Shown: positions 59,952 to 64,000 of the stretch, in pieces
How positions within the stretch are numbered: position 1 is the stretch's first letter
How the letters are laid out: the number at the start of each line of letters is the position of its first letter
From: Candidatus Latescibacterota bacterium
GTDB lineage: Bacteria; Latescibacterota; UBA2968; UBA8231
Reading direction: 5' to 3'
Assembly: GCA_963422735.1 (NCBI GenBank)
Contig: OY730476.1
Span: 4,096,001 to 4,160,000, forward strand
DNA length: 64,000 nucleotides
Translations under genes and position numbers: made by a program
Notes under the pieces: generated by a model
Databases searched by the model: none
What the model was told of the DNA's origin: nothing
What the model saw: the letters and a program-made list of their open reading frames with translations, nothing else

Positions 59952-60751
59952 AGGATCACCTGTTTCGACTCGTGCAGGCGGCCGATCCCTTGCAGGGGCG
60001 CAACATCCTGCGCGAATACTTGCAGGCCCGCATTTTGGATGCTTTACAGCGTGCCGGAGCGATGGTGCCGCTGGCATTTCAAGGGGGCACTAGCCTGCGC
60101 TTTCTCTTTGCGCTACCGCGCTACTCCGAAGATCTCGGCTTTACTCTCGAAGGCGATCCGGCTTCCTACGATTTGCGTGCTTATTTAGCAGCCATTCGTT
60201 CGGAACTTGCTCGCGAGGGGTACGAAGTCGGGCTCGGCTTAAACGACCAGCGGACCGTCCACCGTGCGTTCGTGCGCTTCAGGGGCCTGCTGTACGAGAC
60301 CGGTCTCTCGCCGCATCAAAACGAAGTCCTCGCCGTACAAATCGAGGTCGATACGAACCCGCCAGCCGGTGCTGTGCTGGAAACTAGTTTGGTGCGCCGG
60401 CACGTAACATTGCGGCTCCAGCATCACGACCGAGCTTCCCTGCTGGCCGGCAAACTACATGCGATTCTACAGCGCTCTTACACCAAAGGGCGGGATCTGT
60501 ACGACTTGATATGGTACTTGAGTGACCGGACATGGCCTGCGCCCAATCTATCCCTGCTCAACGCGGCGTTGCAGCAGACGCAGTGGTCCGGCGAGGCTCT
60601 GACGGCACAGACTTGGCGGGAAGTAGTCGGCAGCCGACTACGTGCGCTGGCGTGGGATCGAGTGGCGGCCGATGTGCGTCCGTTTTTGGAACGGGAGGAA
60701 GACGCGGCGCTATTGAACATGGAAACCGCGCTGCAGCTACTGGTTGGCTAA
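59948..60751 (+). CDS. abiEii: Type IV TA toxin, AbiEii nucleotidyltransferase family
   Basis: REYLQ, FQGGTSLR...RYSEDLGF, GKLHA, KGRDLYDL; ATG overlaps the abiEi stop. Confidence 0.88.
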   Translation: MKDHLFRLVQAADPLQGRNILREYLQARILDALQRAGAMVPLAFQGGTSLRFLFALPRYSEDLGFTLEGDPASYDLRAYLAAIRSELAREGYEVGLGLNDQRTVHRAFVRFRGLLYETGLSPHQNEVLAVQIEVDTNPPAGAVLETSLVRRHVTLRLQHHDRASLLAGKLHAILQRSYTKGRDLYDLIWYLSDRTWPAPNLSLLNAALQQTQWSGEALTAQTWREVVGSRLRALAWDRVAADVRPFLEREEDAALLNMETALQLLVG

Positions 60752-60868
60752 CTCCCGCTCCATTTCCCCAAAGACCTCCAAGCCGCTCTCCCCGACCTCG
60801 ACCTCGAAGGTCCCCAGTGTTGCACGGGCCTACTCGCGATAGACGGTGAAGAAGATATAGGGGCCGCT

Positions 60869-61276
60869 TTACTGCTCGCCGACATGGAAGTTGATAAAAT
60901 AGATCCCTGATGCGGCCCGTTGCCCCGACATATCGCGTCCGTTCCACACAGATGTAGTCATATAGACGCCGCCGGCCTTGTCCCCCCATGCTAGCGTACG
61001 ACGTTTTGTTTCAGTTCTGCCCGAGGAGTAATACATGGTGTTATTACGGTATGTATCATCGCTATGTCCAAGCCCCGCAGCATGACCTGGCTCGTGGGTC
61101 ATTACATCCCTGAAATCTTTAGGTTGTTCTACGGTCCAAGAGCTTGGATACGTCGCAGACGCAGTCCATTTGTAGTCTGTGTTGAGACGGATATCCGAGG
61201 CAACTACTCCACTGCGTATCCTCGGATACCCTGCGCGAGCTGTTGCCCCACTTAAATCTTCAAACGCGTACTCCAC
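60869..61276 (-). pseudogene. Matrixin/metzincin metalloprotease remnant joined to a FlgD-Ig tail fragment
   Basis: HEPGHAAGLGH zinc motif, TMY Met-turn, then WNGRDMSGQRAASGIYF; no signal peptide or clear start. Confidence 0.65.
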
Positions 61277-61336
61277 GAATCCGATCCATTGCGCGTTCTA
61301 TTGGTCGAGGTGCTGGCTACTTGAAATCTAATCGGA

Positions 61337-61580
61337 GGCTTGGTCTGTGTTGGTGTGCGAGCGACATTCACCAGCAACTCGCGAATGAACCTGTATCTCC
61401 CACTTGTCCTCGACTTCCACGCGCACGGTCAACCCGTAATGGGAATGAATGAGGTCGCCGAGTGCCGCTAGCCTGGTATGAATCCCATGCCGTAGAGCAC
61501 GGGTGAACTGCTGTCGAAGGTCATGGATCGGATGAGGTGAGCCCTCTCGTCTATGTCCCTTTCCAATGCGTCAATCAAGG
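61337..61580. repeat. Diverged 244-bp direct repeat, copy 2
   Basis: Aligns with 58953-59196. Confidence 0.9.
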
Positions 61581-62082
61581 CTTCGCGTTCGGCGTCGTCG
61601 GAATGCCGCAGTGAATTGACCTTGACCTTCGACAGCACAGCATCTGCCCGATGGAATCGTGGAGACCAGTCCCAAGGCGCCCCCGCTCGCGCTCCCGGTC
61701 GGTCAAAAGCTTGGCCGCCAGCGTCTGCAACTTCTGGAGAGGTCTCTCCATGCGCTTATGCTTGCTGACTTGCGGAGGATGCCTTGATAGACTGTGGAAG
61801 CACCGTCCGAGGTTGGCCGAACCGAGACTGTTATGAGCGCGTCGGATCGGTGCCCGGCGCGGGTTCTAAACGCCGCTGCAAGGTCGCGCACGGACTCTTC
61901 CTGAAACTGCTTGTAATCGTCTATGCTCGCGTAGAGGTTGCAGATGTTTGAGCCGAGCGCAGGCAAATAGGATACTAGCGGGGTCCCGCCCCGCTCGGCG
62001 ACGAAGAGGGCATCTGGCGACGCTTCAAACAGGCCGCGATAGAGGTCTTGGTCGCGCTCAATTTTTTTGGCTTAGGCTTGAT
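61337..62082 (-). pseudogene. PAS + HisKA_3 sensor kinase, N-terminal remnant
   Basis: aaggag RBS with ATC in place of ATG; LYRGLFEASPDAL; ERERGRLGTGLHDSIGQML; multiple frameshifts. Confidence 0.75.
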
Positions 62083-62136
62083 GGATACTCCTTAATGATT
62101 GAGCGTCCTGCTTTAGGACCACTGGACGACTCAAGA

Positions 62137-62763
62137 TTATGTCGGTGCTTCTCTCTCCGCCAACTCTTGCCATGCGGCCCGCGTCGCTTCATAGCTTTTC
62201 TGCGTATCCACATCCACGAAGATGCCTTCGTCCGCCACGGGCACTTCCGCGATATGGGCTGCGTTTTTTGTCAAGACCGGCCGCGCTCCCTCATCGCCCG
62301 TCAACGCGAGCAAGGCATCTCGATGGGCACGGCCGAAGGCCACCGGATGGCCGCGCCGCTCGTCGCACACCGGCACGGCGATAGTCTCTCTACTTTTCAA
62401 CGCTTCGGCGACCTTTAGCATTGTCTTCCCAGCTACCTGCGGCATATCCCCCAGCGCAAAGAGATATCCTTTCTCGCCGCCTGCCGCTTCCACGCCCACT
62501 CTGAAGGAGGTGGCCATCCCCTCGGCAAAATCTGGGTTGTGGACCAGCCGCACGGGATAGCTGCTCAACGTTTCCTCTACCTCTGCACGCTGATGCCCGG
62601 TCACCACGACCACTTCCCCTAAACCCACCTCGCAGACCCGCTCCACCACGACTTGGAGGACGCATCGCGCCTCCCAAGGCAGCAGCAGTTTATTGGCCCC
62701 CTCCATCCTAGAGGAACGCCCCGCCGCCAATACGATTCCGCTAAGGTCTGCGAATCTGGTCAT
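62137..62763 (-). CDS. mocA: Molybdenum cofactor cytidylyltransferase (MocA-like)
   Basis: LAAGRSSRM..NKLLL, GMATS, LGDMP, GHPV, GDEGAR, DVDT; divergent from the cox genes. Confidence 0.85.
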   Translation of the reverse strand: MTRFADLSGIVLAAGRSSRMEGANKLLLPWEARCVLQVVVERVCEVGLGEVVVVTGHQRAEVEETLSSYPVRLVHNPDFAEGMATSFRVGVEAAGGEKGYLFALGDMPQVAGKTMLKVAEALKSRETIAVPVCDERRGHPVAFGRAHRDALLALTGDEGARPVLTKNAAHIAEVPVADEGIFVDVDTQKSYEATRAAWQELAEREAPT

Positions 62764-62867
62764 CCCAATCCTTCGCTCTGTTGGCTGTTCAAATTGACAA
62801 GGATAGGTAAAATTTTTTAATATCCACCGCATCATTCGCTTCTGGCCTTCAACCCCAGCACCAGCCC

Positions 62868-63302
62868 ATGCAGTTTGCAGGCTCTCATACTTTTCGCGCC
62901 CCGAGGCAAGTCCTGTGGGACTTGCTCAACGACCCGGAGGTCTTGGCGCGCATCACCCCAAGCGTCGATACCTTGGAGCAGACCGGCCCCGGCCAGTACC
63001 AAGCCGTGCTGCACATCAAAATGGGGCCGATCAACAGTACCTTCAACGGCGCGCTGCAAGTAGTAGATAGCAAGGAGCCGGAAAGCTATCGCCTGCTCAT
63101 CAACGTTGACGGCAAGATCGGCCAAATCGCGGCCGAGGGCCGCGTTCAGCTCGCCGACCAAGGCCGCGAGACAACCGTGGTAGTCGAGGGAGGCTCGCAG
63201 TTGACGGGCCGATTGGCGAGCATGGGCCAGCGCTTGCTCTCGGGCGTGGCGCGGATGTTTACCAACCAGTTTTTCAAGGCGCTGGAACGCGAATTACCTT
63301 AG
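62868..63302 (+). CDS. coxG: CoxG / SRPBCC-family protein
   Basis: WDLLNDPEVLARITP, GRLASMGQRL, QFF. Confidence 0.85.
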   Translation: MQFAGSHTFRAPRQVLWDLLNDPEVLARITPSVDTLEQTGPGQYQAVLHIKMGPINSTFNGALQVVDSKEPESYRLLINVDGKIGQIAAEGRVQLADQGRETTVVVEGGSQLTGRLASMGQRLLSGVARMFTNQFFKALERELP

Positions 63303-63430
63303 AGGCTATCTGAAAACCCGCTTTGGGTCGCGTCGAGCCGCGGTAGAGACGATATCCCGTCATTCCCGCGCTTCACCCTGGGGGGGCTCCTGCACACAAG
63401 GGACGGCACCCAGAGTTTTCAGACGGCTTC
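63302..63430. mobile_element. MITE-like element (129 bp)
   Basis: TIRs gaggctatctgaaaac ... gttttcagacggcttc, flanked by TTA at 63299-63301 and 63431-63433; internal gtcattcccgcg REP-like core. Confidence 0.7.
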
Positions 63431-63456
63431 TTAATCCAATTCAATAGGAGGCGACT

Positions 63457-63921
63457 ATGGCAGTAGCGATCAAGGTCACTGTCAACGGCCAGACCCACGA
63501 GCACGAGGTGGAGCCGCGCCAGATGCTCGTCAGCTATTTGCGCGAGGAGTTGGGCCTGACGGGCACCCACGTCGGCTGCGACACCAGCAATTGCGGTGCC
63601 TGTACCGTTATCGTTGATGGCCAAGCCGTCAAGGTCTGCACCATGCTCGCGGCGCAAGCTGACGGCGCAGAGATAACGACCATCGAAGGGCTTGCGGCCA
63701 ACGGTACGCTGCATCCTTTACAGGAAGCCTTCCGAGAGACCCACGGCTTGCAGTGCGGCTTTTGTACGCCCGGCATGATTATGGCCGCTTGGCAGTTGCT
63801 AGAGCGCAATGCAATGCCCAGCGACGCGGAGATCCGCCACGCGCTCGAAGGCAACTTTTGCCGCTGCACGGGCTACGACAACATCATTAAGGCGGTCCAA
63901 CGCGCCGCCGAGAGCGCATAG
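63457..63921 (+). CDS. coxS: (2Fe-2S)-binding small subunit, CoxS/CutS family
   Basis: [25 protein letters not shown]; aggagg RBS. Confidence 0.92.
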   Translation: MAVAIKVTVNGQTHEHEVEPRQMLVSYLREELGLTGTHVGCDTSNCGACTVIVDGQAVKVCTMLAAQADGAEITTIEGLAANGTLHPLQEAFRETHGLQCGFCTPGMIMAAWQLLERNAMPSDAEIRHALEGNFCRCTGYDNIIKAVQRAAESA

Positions 63922-63930
63922 GAGGCCGAT

Positions 63931-64000
63931 ATGGGAGTGATAGGACAACCCATCAAGCGCGTCGAAGACCAGCGCTTTATCACCGGCAAGGGTCGCTACA
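63931..64000 (+). CDS. Xanthine dehydrogenase/CoxL-family molybdopterin subunit, 5' end only
   Basis: MGVIGQPIKRVEDQRFITGKGRY after a ggagg RBS. Confidence 0.85.
   Translation, partial: MGVIGQPIKRVEDQRFITGKGRY

Overview
A GC-rich bacterial chromosomal window. A FlgD-Ig/'NFPNPFN' C-terminal sorting domain and a eukaryote-type single-subunit GlyRS suggest an FCB-group lineage such as Latescibacterota or Gemmatimonadota; this is inference only. From left to right: (1) the 5' end of hemA and a MITE; (2) an envelope/redox block with two cytochrome c-fused PHM/DBH-like copper monooxygenase genes, a redoxin and an ECF sigma/anti-sigma/Spy cluster; (3) GPP34 and ggt-potABC-like genes; (4) ltaE-DUF255-acyl-CoA synthetase-DUF3179-flavin/Fe-S oxidoreductase; (5) ppk2, aroC, Ldh2, carA, CNNM and SWIB genes; (6) a long housekeeping run: proC-hisH-hisF-proB-ftsB-recO-glyS-tRNA-Leu-tig-clpP-clpX-engB-serA-purA-prpB-(decayed hicBA)-prpC; (7) an accessory, heavily decayed right third; (8) the start of a mocA / coxG-coxS-coxL molybdoenzyme locus. 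The decayed region holds remnants of an MmeI-like methyltransferase, an NDT-like protein, an AAA ATPase, a low-GC NERD nuclease, IS982, a macro domain and a split histidine kinase flanking an AbiEi/AbiEii TA pair. It also holds an intact DUF455 diiron/ATP-grasp fusion. The best candidates for undescribed systems are the heme-c/copper monooxygenase pair with its redoxin and the DUF455-ATP-grasp fusion. All calls come from motif recognition by eye; no searches were run.
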